Origin: Flavobacterium sp.
Lineage (GTDB): Bacteria; Bacteroidota; Bacteroidia; Flavobacteriales; Flavobacteriaceae
Reading direction: 5' to 3'
DNA length: 64,000 bases
Assembly (NCBI RefSeq): GCF_046073885.1
Contig: NZ_JBJTND010000021.1
Location: 14,869-78,868, forward strand
The first letter of the stretch is position 1. Each line of letters starts with the position of its first letter. The translations under genes and the position numbers were made by a program. Positions 20,383 to 31,171 of the stretch are shown in pieces. The notes below the pieces were generated by a model. It was not told the DNA's origin and ran no database searches. It saw nothing but the letters and a program-made list of their open reading frames with translations.

Positions 20383-22788
20383 TTAGTATAAACTTGAAAA
20401 TTTATGTGGCTGCGCTTCGTGCATAATAGCGTAAACTTTTTCAAAAATATCTTCTACGGAAGGTTTTGAGAAATAGTCACCATCGGTACCATAAGCTGGT
20501 CGGTGCGGTTGTGCACTTAATGTTTGCGGAGCACTATCTAAAAATTGGTAGCCATTTTGCTTTTCAATAATCTCTTGCAACAGGTAAGCACTAGCTCCAC
20601 CAGGAACGTCTTCATCTATTATTAAAAGTCGGTTTGTTTTTGCAATACTTTTTACAACATCCTGATTCAAATCAAAAGGCAATAATGATTGTGCATCTAT
20701 TATTTCGGCATTGATTCCAACGCTTTCTAATTCTTTAGAAGCTTGTTCTACTAATCTTAGCGTAGATCCATAAGATACAAGTGTAATATCGGTACCTTCT
20801 TTTATTGTTTCTACCACGCCAATGGCTGTTTTAAATTCGCCTAAATTGGTCGGCATTTTTTCTTTTAATCGGTAGCCATTTAAGCATTCAATAACTAAAG
20901 CCGGTTCATCTTTTTCTAATAGAGTATTGTAAAAACCTGCAGCTTTAGTCATGTTTCTTGGAACCAAAACATGAATTCCGCGCACAGCATTTAATATCAT
21001 TCCCATTGGAGAACCCGAATGCCATACACCTTCAAGACGGTGTCCACGAGTTCTAACAATAAGAGGCGCTTTTTGACGGCCGTGAGTTCGATATTGCAAT
21101 GTTGCTAAATCATCACTCATAATTTGGATTGCGTACAATAAATAGTCTAAATACTGAATTTCAGCAATTGGGCGTAAGCCACGCATTGCCATTCCGATTC
21201 CTTGTCCCAGAATTGTTGCTTCACGAATACCTACATCGGCAACACGAAGTTCGCCATATTTTTCTTGCATTCCTTCCAATCCCTGATTCACATCGCCGAT
21301 GTTTCCTGAATCTTCTCCAAAAATTAAAGTTTCTGGATATTTGGTAAAAATAGCATCAAAATTATCTCTTAGTACCAATCGAGCGTCTACTTCTTCAGAA
21401 TTGGCATCATAAATTGGCGCTACTTCTTTTGAAGTCAAAACATTATTTTCTGATTGTGAAAATAGATGAGAGCTGAATTTTGGTTGAATTTTTGAAGTAT
21501 AATTCGTTATCCAATTGCTTAGTTTCGATTTTGCAGCAGAATCATTTACTATCATTCGAAGTACTTTTCGTGCAGTAGTAATTATCTCTTTACGGATTGG
21601 TTCTTTTATAGCAGCTAAATCGGAGCTTATTTTTTCAATAAAGACTTTGTTTTCTGAAGATTGTGCAATATTATTTAGCAACTCAACCAATTCTTTTTGC
21701 TCTTCTTTCATTGGAGTCACAAAAGAAATCCATGCGTTTTTCTTACCTTCGTTTACTTCTTTTTTTGCTTGTTCTTCAATTGCTTCCAATTCTTCAGCTG
21801 AAGCCAAATTATTTTCGATTAACCAATTGCGCATTTGTGCCACACAATCGTATTCGGCTTCCCAAGCCAATCGCTCTGCGTTTTTGTAGCGTTCGTGACT
21901 ACCCGAAGTAGAGTGACCTTGCGGTTGGGTTAATTCTTTAACATGAATTAATACAGGAACGTGTTCTTCTCTTGCAATGGTAGCTGCTTGTTCGTAAGTA
22001 GCAACAAGGGAAGGGTAGTCCCAACCTTGAACAGTTAGAATTTCAAAGCCGTTTGTATTAGGTTCTCTTTGGAAACCTTTTAAAATTTCTGATATATTTT
22101 CTTTAGTAGTTTGGTGTTTTGCATGAACCGAAATACCATATTCATCATCCCAAACACTCATCACCATTGGTACTTGAAGTACTCCTGCAGCATTGATAGT
22201 TTCAAAAAACAAACCTTCAGAAGTAGAAGCATTTCCTATGGTTCCCCAAGCAATTTCATTACCGTTTTGCGAGAAATTAGTTTGATTTATTCCGGAAACA
22301 TTTCTATAAATTTTCGAAGCTTGAGCCAAACCTAATAATCGAGGCATTTGACCAGCGGTAGGTGAAATATCGGCACTTGAATTTTTTTGAGCAGTAAGGT
22401 TTTTCCAATTTCCTTTTTCGTCAAGCGAATGGGTAGCAAAGTGACCGCCCATTTGACGGCCCGCACTCATTGGATCAAAATTAATATCGGTATGACCATA
22501 CAATCCAGCAAAAAACTGTTCGATAGTCATTGCGCCAATTGCCATCATAAAAGTTTGATCACGGTAGTAACCCGATCTAAAATCACCATTTTTGAAAGCT
22601 TTGGCTAATGCCAATTGCGGCACCTCTTTTCCGTCACCAAAAATACCAAACTTGGCTTTTCCGGTAAGGACTTCACGTCTTCCAAGTAAGCTACATTCTC
22701 TACTTGTAACGGCTATTTTATAATCATTTAAAACTTCTGCTTTAAAATCTTCAAAAGTAATTTCGACTTTGGTTTGAGCTTCTGCCAT
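20383..22788 (-). CDS. Fused alpha/beta E1 component of a 2-oxoacid (branched-chain type) dehydrogenase, TPP-dependent
   Basis: 801 aa. The N-terminal half is E1-alpha-like, the C-terminal half is a transketolase-like E1-beta (pyrimidine-binding plus C-terminal domains). Confidence 0.8.
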   Translation of the reverse strand: MAEAQTKVEITFEDFKAEVLNDYKIAVTSRECSLLGRREVLTGKAKFGIFGDGKEVPQLALAKAFKNGDFRSGYYRDQTFMMAIGAMTIEQFFAGLYGHTDINFDPMSAGRQMGGHFATHSLDEKGNWKNLTAQKNSSADISPTAGQMPRLLGLAQASKIYRNVSGINQTNFSQNGNEIAWGTIGNASTSEGLFFETINAAGVLQVPMVMSVWDDEYGISVHAKHQTTKENISEILKGFQREPNTNGFEILTVQGWDYPSLVATYEQAATIAREEHVPVLIHVKELTQPQGHSTSGSHERYKNAERLAWEAEYDCVAQMRNWLIENNLASAEELEAIEEQAKKEVNEGKKNAWISFVTPMKEEQKELVELLNNIAQSSENKVFIEKISSDLAAIKEPIRKEIITTARKVLRMIVNDSAAKSKLSNWITNYTSKIQPKFSSHLFSQSENNVLTSKEVAPIYDANSEEVDARLVLRDNFDAIFTKYPETLIFGEDSGNIGDVNQGLEGMQEKYGELRVADVGIREATILGQGIGMAMRGLRPIAEIQYLDYLLYAIQIMSDDLATLQYRTHGRQKAPLIVRTRGHRLEGVWHSGSPMGMILNAVRGIHVLVPRNMTKAAGFYNTLLEKDEPALVIECLNGYRLKEKMPTNLGEFKTAIGVVETIKEGTDITLVSYGSTLRLVEQASKELESVGINAEIIDAQSLLPFDLNQDVVKSIAKTNRLLIIDEDVPGGASAYLLQEIIEKQNGYQFLDSAPQTLSAQPHRPAYGTDGDYFSKPSVEDIFEKVYAIMHEAQPHKFSSLY

Positions 22789-23011
22789 AATTAAAATGGA
22801 TTTCTTAATAAAACAAAAATAAGTAAAAAGAAATAATAATTGTAATTTGTGTAGGAAAAAATAATTTAATTATTGATAATTTTTAGTCAATATTGCAATG
22901 TTATTTTGTGTATTATTTAGATTTTATAATATTATTTTGAATATTGTTTAATAATAGTTTGATTTTTTTGTTTATTATCTATGTAATTTTTCTGTTTTTT
23001 AGCAAAAAAAA

Positions 23012-23032
23012 CCGATTCAAAAGTTGAATCGG
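23012..23032 (-). terminator. Rho-independent terminator after ribBA
   Basis: CCGATTCAA-AAG-TTGAATCGG hairpin, followed on the minus strand by a T8 run. Confidence 0.75.
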
Positions 23033-23055
23033 TGTGGTATATAATTAATTTATTT

Positions 23056-24186
23056 CTAGTATTTTACATATTCTGTAATTTCTAAACCGTATCCAATCAT
23101 TCCAACGCGCTTGGTTTGTTCGGTATTGGATATTAATCGAATTTTTGAGATATCAATGTCATGAAGAATTTGAGCGCCAATTCCGAAGTCTTTACTGTCG
23201 ATTACAATTTTTGGAGCTTTCAGAATTCCTTTTTCTTGAAGTGTTTTTAATTCTGTGATTCGGCTAAGCATATTTACCGATTGCATATCTTGATTGATAA
23301 ATATTACCGCTCCTTGTTCTTCTTGATTGATAATTTGGAAGATATTATCCAATTGCTGGTCAGCGTTATTGGTTAAAGTACCCAATAAATCATTGTTTAC
23401 TTGAGTTGAATTTATTTTGGTTAAAATAGGATCTCCAATATTCCAAGTTCCTTTGGTTAACGCAATATGAATTTGTTTGTTGGTTGTTTGTTCGTATGCT
23501 CGTAATCGATAGTTTCCAAAGCGGGTTTGCACTTCAAAATCTTCTTTTTTTACAATCAAACTATCGTGTTGCATTCGGTAGGCAACCAAATCTTCAATTG
23601 AAACTAATTTTAAATTGAATTTTTTGGCTACTTCCACCAATTGAGGTAAGCGAGCCATGGTACCATCTTCGTTCATGATTTCTACAATCACTCCTGCTGG
23701 TTTTAATCCTGCAAGGCGAGCAAAATCGATTGCCGCTTCGGTATGCCCAGTTCTTCTCAATACTCCACCTTGCTTTGCAACTAAAGGGAAAATATGTCCA
23801 GGTCGGGCTAAATCAAATGGTTTTGTTGAATTATCAATTAATGATATTATGGTTTTGGCTCTATCTGAAGCAGATATTCCAGTTGTTACTCCGTTACCTT
23901 TTAAATCCACAGACACGGTAAAAGCCGTTTCCATATGATCGGTATTGTTGCTAACCATGGGGCGTAATTCCAATTCTTTGCATCTGCTTTCGGTAAGCGG
24001 CGCACAAATTAATCCTCTACCGTGGGTTGCCATAAAATTAATCATTTCGGGCGTTACCTTTTCGGCTGCAGCCAAAAAATCACCTTCATTTTCACGGTCT
24101 TCATCATCCACTACAATAATAACTTTTCCTTGACGGATGTCTTCTATTGCTTCTTCTATGGTATTCAATTGTATGGAATTTGACAT
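23056..24186 (-). CDS. ribBA: Bifunctional 3,4-dihydroxy-2-butanone-4-phosphate synthase / GTP cyclohydrolase II-like
   Basis: 376 aa. N-terminal DHBP synthase motifs ([17 protein letters not shown]) and a C-terminal GCH-II-like domain. Confidence 0.92.
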   Translation of the reverse strand: MSNSIQLNTIEEAIEDIRQGKVIIVVDDEDRENEGDFLAAAEKVTPEMINFMATHGRGLICAPLTESRCKELELRPMVSNNTDHMETAFTVSVDLKGNGVTTGISASDRAKTIISLIDNSTKPFDLARPGHIFPLVAKQGGVLRRTGHTEAAIDFARLAGLKPAGVIVEIMNEDGTMARLPQLVEVAKKFNLKLVSIEDLVAYRMQHDSLIVKKEDFEVQTRFGNYRLRAYEQTTNKQIHIALTKGTWNIGDPILTKINSTQVNNDLLGTLTNNADQQLDNIFQIINQEEQGAVIFINQDMQSVNMLSRITELKTLQEKGILKAPKIVIDSKDFGIGAQILHDIDISKIRLISNTEQTKRVGMIGYGLEITEYVKY

Positions 24187-24198
24187 TGTGCTTGAGTT

Positions 24199-26019
24199 TT
24201 ATTTGGAAATTTCAGAATCTAATTTGTCCAATTCCTTTTTGGTATACCAGTGAATAATGATGTAAAAAGGAATGGAAACTAAAATTGAAATTAGTATTCC
24301 GGGTTCAATGATTTGGTTTGTTTTTAATTCGATTTGGGCTATTATATTTTGCGATTTGTATACAAAATAAAATAAAGGCAATAGTGATATTAAACTTACC
24401 AACAGTAATAATGTAATATTTAATGCTGCAAATGCGATAAATAGCAACATTGAAACTGCGTAAAACAACAAGGTGAATTTAGATGTTTTCGTATAATCTT
24501 CAATCAATTCTTTAGGGTAACTAACTTCAATTGGAGTACCAAGTTCAATTTGTTGCTCGGATGAATTGTATTTTGCAATAAAGGTATTGATTTGTTTGAA
24601 GACTAATGTGTTTTTAATTGGGTCTAAAATTCCATCAATACTCACCATTCCACCAATATCATTGATTGCTCGGTAGGTGAGGGTGATTGCAAGTGGAGTT
24701 AGTATCATTGTAGAAAGCCAGACTCCAAGAAAAGGATGAACTTGATTTTCTTCGGCAAGTTTAATTCCAAAAGTATTGATGAAATGGTAAGCAATAAAAA
24801 TTGAAACAGCGAAAACAATAGGCAAACCTAATCCACCTTTACGGATGATTGAACCTAGAGGTGCTCCAATAAAAAACATTAATAGGCATGAAAACGCAAT
24901 CTTGAATTTGTCAAAATAAGCTATCCAGTGGTTGTTTATGTTTTTTAATTTGGCTTCCATTTCAACTTGTGAACTGCTAATTGTGAAACCGGTATTTTCA
25001 ATATTATTGATAGCAATTTTATAAATTTCTTGTTTGTCTAATTTTGAAATATTTTTAAAGAACTCAATATTTTTTACACTGTCTTTTTTGGTTGATGTTT
25101 GAGTGTTGTAAAAGGTGTTATTTATGTTGGTTCTTAAATAAATATTATCAGTATAGGAAACCAAATCTTTCTTGTAATTTTTATTAAGTGAATCTAAAGA
25201 AAATCTTAGTTCGTTAATATTTAACATCCATGTATTGTCTTTAATATCGAAACTTTCGGCGTTGGTTTGATTTAATTTTGATAAGTCAATATTAATTACA
25301 TCTTTCTTGAATGTTCCTTTTGCAAACGGAATTTTTATTCGATCGGCATAATTACTCGGAATTACATCTTCATAATAATTTCCGTTAGTTAGTATTAATT
25401 TTAAGGTATTTGAAGTTTCGCTGGATACTAATTCTCCTTTTTCGGCATTGATTACGGTAGTGTTTCCTTGCCCGAAATCTAGTTTTTTATGAATGGTAAC
25501 TCCGGTTAAATAATTTCCTTTATCTCCCGATTTTTTTTGAACTTTAATGGTATAATTTCCAATTTCACTAAATTGTCCTTCGGCAATTGCCATGGCGGGT
25601 TTTACTTGGGCAATATTTCTTCGAAAATTAATGAATTTGTATTCAGCATAAGGAATTACATTATTTGCAAAAACAAATGAAATACAACTCAAAATAATAA
25701 TGAAAATCACATTGCTTCGTAAGATTCTTTGAAATGAAATTCCAGAAGATTTAATAGCGGCAAATTCATAATTTTCAGAAAGACTTCCGTAAGTCATAAT
25801 GGAAGCCAATAACACAGACAAAGGTAGCACTAACGGGATTAGTCTTGGCATTGCAAAGAGTAGAAACTTCATGATCATTATGAAGTCAAGTCCTTTTCCG
25901 GCAAGTTCAGAAATAAAAAGCCAAACAACTTGAAGTATAAATATAAAAAACAATATTACAAATACCGTAGCAAATGTAATCAGGAAGGATTTTAATAAAT
26001 ACTTATCTATTATTTTCAC
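24199..26019 (-). CDS. LptF/LptG (YjgP/YjgQ) family permease with an extra C-terminal membrane region
   Basis: N-terminal three TM helices, a large periplasmic domain, then three TM helices typical of LptF/G. About 150 additional residues carrying further hydrophobic helices follow. Confidence 0.75.
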   Translation of the reverse strand: MKIIDKYLLKSFLITFATVFVILFFIFILQVVWLFISELAGKGLDFIMIMKFLLFAMPRLIPLVLPLSVLLASIMTYGSLSENYEFAAIKSSGISFQRILRSNVIFIIILSCISFVFANNVIPYAEYKFINFRRNIAQVKPAMAIAEGQFSEIGNYTIKVQKKSGDKGNYLTGVTIHKKLDFGQGNTTVINAEKGELVSSETSNTLKLILTNGNYYEDVIPSNYADRIKIPFAKGTFKKDVINIDLSKLNQTNAESFDIKDNTWMLNINELRFSLDSLNKNYKKDLVSYTDNIYLRTNINNTFYNTQTSTKKDSVKNIEFFKNISKLDKQEIYKIAINNIENTGFTISSSQVEMEAKLKNINNHWIAYFDKFKIAFSCLLMFFIGAPLGSIIRKGGLGLPIVFAVSIFIAYHFINTFGIKLAEENQVHPFLGVWLSTMILTPLAITLTYRAINDIGGMVSIDGILDPIKNTLVFKQINTFIAKYNSSEQQIELGTPIEVSYPKELIEDYTKTSKFTLLFYAVSMLLFIAFAALNITLLLLVSLISLLPLFYFVYKSQNIIAQIELKTNQIIEPGILISILVSIPFYIIIHWYTKKELDKLDSEISK

Positions 26020-26024
26020 AAAGT

Positions 26025-26669
26025 TTAATCTAATTTATTAATGTAGTAGTTTGGATATTTACTAGCTACAAAGGTAAATTGATTTTTGGATAAAGGTTGA
26101 TTGGTTTTGAAAGAATTAACAGTCAGCGTGGTTTTGGTTCCGTTTTTTCCGATTTCAATAAGGTTGTTTATTGTTTTTGTTTGAATGTCAATTCCCAATA
26201 AAATTTCTTTCCGTTGGTCTTTATTGTTGCTTGGGGTAAGTTTTATATACTGAATTTTTCTCCCTTTACTATTTTGCAAAATATCCCATGAAAACTTGTA
26301 GCCATTATTAAAAAAGGTAAGCATTTTATTTGGTGTGATTGCTTTTTCATCGCTATCGTTCATATTTGAAACTGTAATTTCTTCATCTTCTGGAACAATC
26401 GTGTAGGTTTTTTTACCATCAAATATTTTAGTCACTCCCATAAAATTCAACACATATTTATTGCCCTGAAGCACTACACTTCCTTTGCTGTCTTGATTTA
26501 CATTTTCTTTAGAGTTATTTAATGTGTACTTGAATTCAATAGAAATATTGTCAAATTTTTTTATTTTAGAAGTAACTTCAGATAGTAGTGTTTTTGCTTT
26601 TTTATCTTGTGCATTCAAGTTTAAGCTTAGCCCAATAATTACAAAGGCTAGGGAAATAAATTTATTCAT
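26025..26669 (-). CDS. LolA-like outer-membrane lipoprotein carrier protein
   Basis: 214 aa with a signal peptide. Lies directly downstream of ftsK with a 1-nt overlap, matching the conserved ftsK-lolA synteny. Confidence 0.65.
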   Translation of the reverse strand: MNKFISLAFVIIGLSLNLNAQDKKAKTLLSEVTSKIKKFDNISIEFKYTLNNSKENVNQDSKGSVVLQGNKYVLNFMGVTKIFDGKKTYTIVPEDEEITVSNMNDSDEKAITPNKMLTFFNNGYKFSWDILQNSKGRKIQYIKLTPSNNKDQRKEILLGIDIQTKTINNLIEIGKNGTKTTLTVNSFKTNQPLSKNQFTFVASKYPNYYINKLD

Positions 26670-29131
26670 TAGTATTCATTGTTTTGTTCGTCATTTAAAA
26701 ATTGCTCTAATGCAACTAAATCCGAAATAGTTACATTACGTGCTTTACTTCCTTCAAAAGGTCCTACAATTCCTGCAGCTTCCAATTGGTCTATTAATCT
26801 ACCAGCTCTATTATAGCCTAGTTTTAGCTTTCTTTGCAATAATGATGCCGAACCTTGTTGGGCCGTTACAATTATTTCTGCAGCTTCTCTAAACATTGGA
26901 TCGCGCTCTGAAATATCAATATCCAGTTTAACACTTCCTTCTTCTCCAACATATTCTGGAAGTTGGTAGGCAGTAGCGTAGGCTTTTTGAGCTCCAATAA
27001 AATCTACAATTTTTTCAACTTCTGGTGTGTCTACAAAGGCACATTGAACACGCACTAAGTCGTTTCCGTTTGAAAATAATAAATCTCCACGACCAATTAA
27101 TTGATCTGCTCCGCCGGTGTCCAGAATAGTTCTTGAATCAATTTTTGATGTTACTCTAAAAGCAATTCGAGCAGGGAAATTGGCTTTAATCATTCCGGTA
27201 ATTACATTAACCGAAGGTCTTTGAGTTGCAATAATCAAATGAATACCAATGGCACGAGCAAGTTGCGCCAATCGTGCAATTGGAGTTTCAACTTCTTTAC
27301 CGGCCGTCATAATTAAATCGGCAAACTCATCAACTACCAATACAATGTAGGGTAAAAAGCGGTGTCCGTTTTCTGGGTTTAATTTTCGTTCTTTAAATTT
27401 CTCATTGTATTCTTTAATGTTACGAACCATGGCATCTTTTAATAAAGAATAACGGTTGTCCATTTCAATACAAAGGGAGTTTAAAGTATTGATTACCTTA
27501 CTGTTGTCGGTGATAATAGCATCGTCTGAATCGGGTAATTTGGCTAAATAATGGCGCTCAATTTTATTGAATAAAGTAAGTTCCACTTTTTTAGGATCGA
27601 CTAAAACAAACTTAACTTCTGCAGGATGTTTTTTGTACAACAATGAAGTCAATACGGCATTTAAACCTACCGATTTTCCTTGTCCAGTTGCACCAGCCAT
27701 TAATAAATGAGGCATTTTTGCCAAATCCACTACAAAGGTTTCGTTGGAAATGGTTTTACCCAAAGCAATCGGTAATTCCATTTCGGCCTCTTGAAATTTA
27801 GCAGAAGATATCACGGTTTTCATCGGAACCATAGTAGGATTCTTGTTTGGAACCTCAATTCCAATTGTTCCTTTACCTGGAATTGGCGCTATGATACGAA
27901 TTCCTAATGCCGCTAATGAAAGTGCAATATCGTCTTCAAGACTTTTTATTTTTGAAATTCTAATTCCGGCTTCGGGAACAATTTCATATAATGTAACCGA
28001 CGGCCCAACGGTTGCTTTAATTTGGGCGATTTCAATCTTATAATTTCGAAGCGTTTCGAGAATGTTGTTTTTATTTTCTTCTAGTTCCGCTTGATTGATT
28101 GTAATTCCTACAGACGCATATTCTTTTAGTAAATCAATTGTTGGGAATTTGTAATTAGATAATTCTAAAGTTGGGTCGAATAAACCAAAGTCGGCTACCA
28201 ATTTTGAAGCCAAATTTTCTTCCATTACATCTTCCTCCAGTGCTTTTTCAATCACAAATACTTCATCGTGTGAAGGAAAAACCTCAGGAGCTTCGATGTC
28301 AAGTTCGGTTGGTTCGGTTTTCAAACTAGGTTCTAATTCAATATCAGAATAACTAGAAATTGTTGGTTTTAAAGCTTCTTTATTTACTTCAAATTGAGAA
28401 CTCGGCATGATGAAAGGCTCCTCTTCTTGTTTTTCCTCTTCCATTTCGGGCTGATCATCAACAGCATATTCTTCTAAATTGTAGGCAGTGGCATCATCTT
28501 GAATTGATTGTATTTCTGCCATATCTTCACTCATTTGCTGTTTGCGGTTTTCAAAAAATGTTTTAATTCCATCCGGAGAAACTTTTATTTTGAAAAATAA
28601 GTAAATTAATATTCCGAAAACAATAAGAAGTACTGTGCCTATTTTGCCAATAAGTACTCTAAAAAAATCATTTATTTCAAATCCAATTGTTCCGCCAAGA
28701 TCCGGAATAGCATCTGCAAAAAATCCTAATGTAATTGAAGTAAGAACAATAATGTATAGGTCCCAAAACCATGAATTTCGCAATTTTTTTAGAGGCAAAT
28801 CTAAAATCAAATAAAGCCCAATTAGGAAAAATATCTTAATGAATAAAAAAGATGCGACACCAAATCCGTTTCGAATAAAAAATTCAGAAACATAGCTTCC
28901 AATTTCACCTGCCCAATTTCCTGATTCTGATTTTAGATTCGGAAATTGATTTAAATTACTTTGATCTTGTGGTCCGTATTTAAACCAAGAAATGAAAGCA
29001 ACCGTTAGTCCAATAGAAATTAGCACTAAAAGGAAACCAAAAATGACTTTGTATTGTCGTTGAATTTTCCAAGGAAGTTTTTCGCTTGGTAAATCGCTAT
29101 TGGAAGAATCTTTCTTAACTGTTTTTGCCAT
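26669..29131 (-). CDS. ftsK: DNA translocase FtsK/SpoIIIE
   Basis: 820 aa. N-terminal TM helices, an acidic linker, a Walker A motif (AGATGQGKS) and a C-terminal gamma winged-helix (LLQRKLKLGYNRAGRLIDQLE). Confidence 0.95.
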   Translation of the reverse strand: MAKTVKKDSSNSDLPSEKLPWKIQRQYKVIFGFLLVLISIGLTVAFISWFKYGPQDQSNLNQFPNLKSESGNWAGEIGSYVSEFFIRNGFGVASFLFIKIFFLIGLYLILDLPLKKLRNSWFWDLYIIVLTSITLGFFADAIPDLGGTIGFEINDFFRVLIGKIGTVLLIVFGILIYLFFKIKVSPDGIKTFFENRKQQMSEDMAEIQSIQDDATAYNLEEYAVDDQPEMEEEKQEEEPFIMPSSQFEVNKEALKPTISSYSDIELEPSLKTEPTELDIEAPEVFPSHDEVFVIEKALEEDVMEENLASKLVADFGLFDPTLELSNYKFPTIDLLKEYASVGITINQAELEENKNNILETLRNYKIEIAQIKATVGPSVTLYEIVPEAGIRISKIKSLEDDIALSLAALGIRIIAPIPGKGTIGIEVPNKNPTMVPMKTVISSAKFQEAEMELPIALGKTISNETFVVDLAKMPHLLMAGATGQGKSVGLNAVLTSLLYKKHPAEVKFVLVDPKKVELTLFNKIERHYLAKLPDSDDAIITDNSKVINTLNSLCIEMDNRYSLLKDAMVRNIKEYNEKFKERKLNPENGHRFLPYIVLVVDEFADLIMTAGKEVETPIARLAQLARAIGIHLIIATQRPSVNVITGMIKANFPARIAFRVTSKIDSRTILDTGGADQLIGRGDLLFSNGNDLVRVQCAFVDTPEVEKIVDFIGAQKAYATAYQLPEYVGEEGSVKLDIDISERDPMFREAAEIIVTAQQGSASLLQRKLKLGYNRAGRLIDQLEAAGIVGPFEGSKARNVTISDLVALEQFLNDEQNNEY

Positions 29132-29178
29132 TATATATTAAATAGATGCTGTAAATATAAAAATTTATACGTAAATGC

Positions 29179-29550
29179 TTAAATTTTAGGGATGTAAATG
29201 ATGCTGAAAATCGCTAGGGCAGCCATAGCCGCAAAAAAAACAGCTCCTGCAGAAATATCTTTGATAAACCCTATTCTTTCGTGAAATTCTGGATGGATAA
29301 AATCGGCTACTTTTTCAACTGCTGTATTTATTCCTTCAATTCCTAAAACCAATCCAATAGCTAGAGTTTGTATCAACCATTCTTCATGCGAAATTTTGTA
29401 ATAAAACCCAGCAATGGTCAATAAAACTGCAACAGAGGTTTGAACCATGATGCTGTGTTCTGTTGTGATTAGTTTTATTGCGCCTTTAAACGCAAAACCA
29501 ACACTTTTAAATCTTCCAGTAAAAAAGGTTTTATCTCTTTCGAATTCCAT
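29179..29550 (-). CDS. dgkA: Diacylglycerol kinase (DgkA family)
   Basis: 123 aa three-TM protein with the DgkA-type N-terminus (RFKSVGFAFKG) and an EGINTAVE-like motif. Confidence 0.85.
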   Translation of the reverse strand: MEFERDKTFFTGRFKSVGFAFKGAIKLITTEHSIMVQTSVAVLLTIAGFYYKISHEEWLIQTLAIGLVLGIEGINTAVEKVADFIHPEFHERIGFIKDISAGAVFFAAMAALAIFSIIYIPKI

Positions 29551-29553
29551 GCT

Positions 29554-30057
29554 TTATTTTTCTAACGCAGTTAATGCTGCATCATAATTTGGCTCATCAG
29601 CAATTTCGCTAACTTGCTCAGTGTATTTAACAGTCCCGTTTTCGTCTAAAACAATTACCACTCTAGAGTGCAACCCAGCCAAAACGCTATCTGTAATTTC
29701 TAAGCCATATTCTTTACCAAAACTACCTGTTTTAAAATCAGATAAATTCTCAACATTTTCCAGGCCTTCAGCACCGCAAAAACGTTTTTGTGCAAACGGT
29801 AAATCTCTTGAAATACACAAAACTTTTGTGTTTTCCAATGCACTTGCTTTTGCATTAAATGTTCTAACTGAAGTAGCGCAAGTTCCGGTATCTATACTTG
29901 GAAAAATATTTAATACCAATCTACTCCCTTTAAAATCTCCTAACGAAGCAACTGATAAATCGGTTTTTACTAATTCAAAATTAGGTGCCATACTACCAAC
30001 TTTTGGTAACTCACCACTTGTGTTTATTGGGTTTCCGCCTAGTGTTATTGAAGCCAT
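29554..30057 (-). CDS. tpx: Thiol peroxidase
   Basis: 167 aa. The SIDTGTCA peroxidatic Cys context and resolving Cys (CISRDLPFAQKRFC) are typical of Tpx. Confidence 0.93.
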   Translation of the reverse strand: MASITLGGNPINTSGELPKVGSMAPNFELVKTDLSVASLGDFKGSRLVLNIFPSIDTGTCATSVRTFNAKASALENTKVLCISRDLPFAQKRFCGAEGLENVENLSDFKTGSFGKEYGLEITDSVLAGLHSRVVIVLDENGTVKYTEQVSEIADEPNYDAALTALEK

Positions 30058-30163
30058 TTTTATTTGTGTTTTTAAGAATTCAAAAGTAGTAAAAATAATT
30101 AGGATTTAAGAATAAGAAAATAGGAATTTTTGAAATGTATTTTATAGAAATAATTAATAAGAG

Positions 30164-30201
30164 TTTATATATTTATCGTAATATTGCAATATATAAATTT
30201 G
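30164..30201 (+). promoter_or_regulatory. Candidate arsR promoter/operator
   Basis: Inverted repeat TTTATATAT (30164-30172) / ATATATAAA (30189-30197). Overlapping TAAATTTG -7 box (30194-30201) lies only 7 nt before the ATG at 30209. The sequence context is AT-rich, so chance is possible. Confidence 0.35.
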
Positions 30202-30208
30202 GAATATA

Positions 30209-30553
30209 ATGGGAGTATCAAAATCGGAATCATTTTCTTCAAAACATAATGAAATGGCGGGCCTATTTAAGGCAATGTCACATCCTGCACGAGTTGCAAT
30301 TATTGAATATTTACTATCTGTTGATACTTGTATTTGTGGTGATATTGTAAATGAATTGCCATTGGCACAACCTACCATTTCGCAGCATTTGAAAGAATTA
30401 AAAAATGTAAATATTATTAAAGGAACAATCGAAGGTACCGCAATTTGTTATTGTATTAATCCGGATGCTATAGAGATGGTAGAAAATTACCTTGCATCTG
30501 TTATACATAAATTGAAAAACAAACAGAATTCTTCTCATTCTAATTGCTGTTAA
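30209..30553 (+). CDS. ArsR/SmtB family transcriptional regulator
   Basis: 114 aa winged HTH (AMSHPARVAIIEYL ... ISQHLKELK). CICGD motif at the ArsR metalloid-site position. Confidence 0.85.
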   Translation: MGVSKSESFSSKHNEMAGLFKAMSHPARVAIIEYLLSVDTCICGDIVNELPLAQPTISQHLKELKNVNIIKGTIEGTAICYCINPDAIEMVENYLASVIHKLKNKQNSSHSNCC

Positions 30554-30554
30554 A

Positions 30555-31169
30555 ATGATAAATAAAAAAGAACATTGGGAAAAAGTTTTTGCTACCAAAG
30601 AGCAAAATGAAGTGAGTTGGTACCAACCAAAACCGCAAACTTCGATTGACTTTTTCGTAGAGAATTCAATTCCAAAAGATGCTAAAGTAATTGATATAGG
30701 TGGAGGGGATAGTTATTTGATTGATAATTTATTAGAAATGGGTTACACCAATTTGTTTTTGTTGGATATTTCAGAAAACGCCATTAATAAAATTAAAAAT
30801 CGATTGGGTGAAAATGCAAAAAATGTAACTTTTATAGTTTCTGATATTTTAGATTTTCAATCCGAAATTAGATTTGATGTTTGGCATGACAGAGCTAGTT
30901 TTCATTTCTTAACTTCAAATGAAGATATTGCAACCTATCAAAATTTAGTTTCTAATTCGGTTGCCGAAAATGGACTCTTATTTTTAGGAACTTTCTCTGA
31001 AAGCGGACCTCTAAAATGTAGTGGTCTTGAAATAACACAATATTCGGAAGCCAAATTCATTAAAATATTCGGTTCTTGTTTTGCTATGTTGAATTGTTTT
31101 AATGAAAACCATGCAACACCATTTGATACCATTCAAAACTTTATTTTTTGTACGTTAAAAAAGAAATAA
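30555..31169 (+). CDS. Class I SAM-dependent methyltransferase
   Basis: Motif I VIDIGGGDS. 204 aa. Abuts arsR with a 1-nt gap. Confidence 0.7.
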   Translation: MINKKEHWEKVFATKEQNEVSWYQPKPQTSIDFFVENSIPKDAKVIDIGGGDSYLIDNLLEMGYTNLFLLDISENAINKIKNRLGENAKNVTFIVSDILDFQSEIRFDVWHDRASFHFLTSNEDIATYQNLVSNSVAENGLLFLGTFSESGPLKCSGLEITQYSEAKFIKIFGSCFAMLNCFNENHATPFDTIQNFIFCTLKKK

Positions 31170-31171
31170 TT

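Noticed and set aside
22789-23055. 267-bp very AT-rich intergenic region examined for a ncRNA, repeats or a small ORF
   Set aside because: Only the ribBA terminator hairpin (23012-23032) is structured. The rest is unstructured A/T-rich promoter-type sequence with no repeat or conserved-looking motif that I could support.
24187-24198. Looked for an FMN riboswitch upstream of ribBA
   Set aside because: Only 12 nt separate ribBA from the upstream lptF/G-like gene, so there is no room for an aptamer. No FMN-element-like sequence was seen in 22789-23055 either; that region lies downstream of ribBA.
29621-30109. 162-aa plus-strand ORF overlapping tpx
   Set aside because: It is antisense to a clear thiol peroxidase with intact catalytic motifs. 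It has no recognisable domain and it runs into the tpx promoter region.
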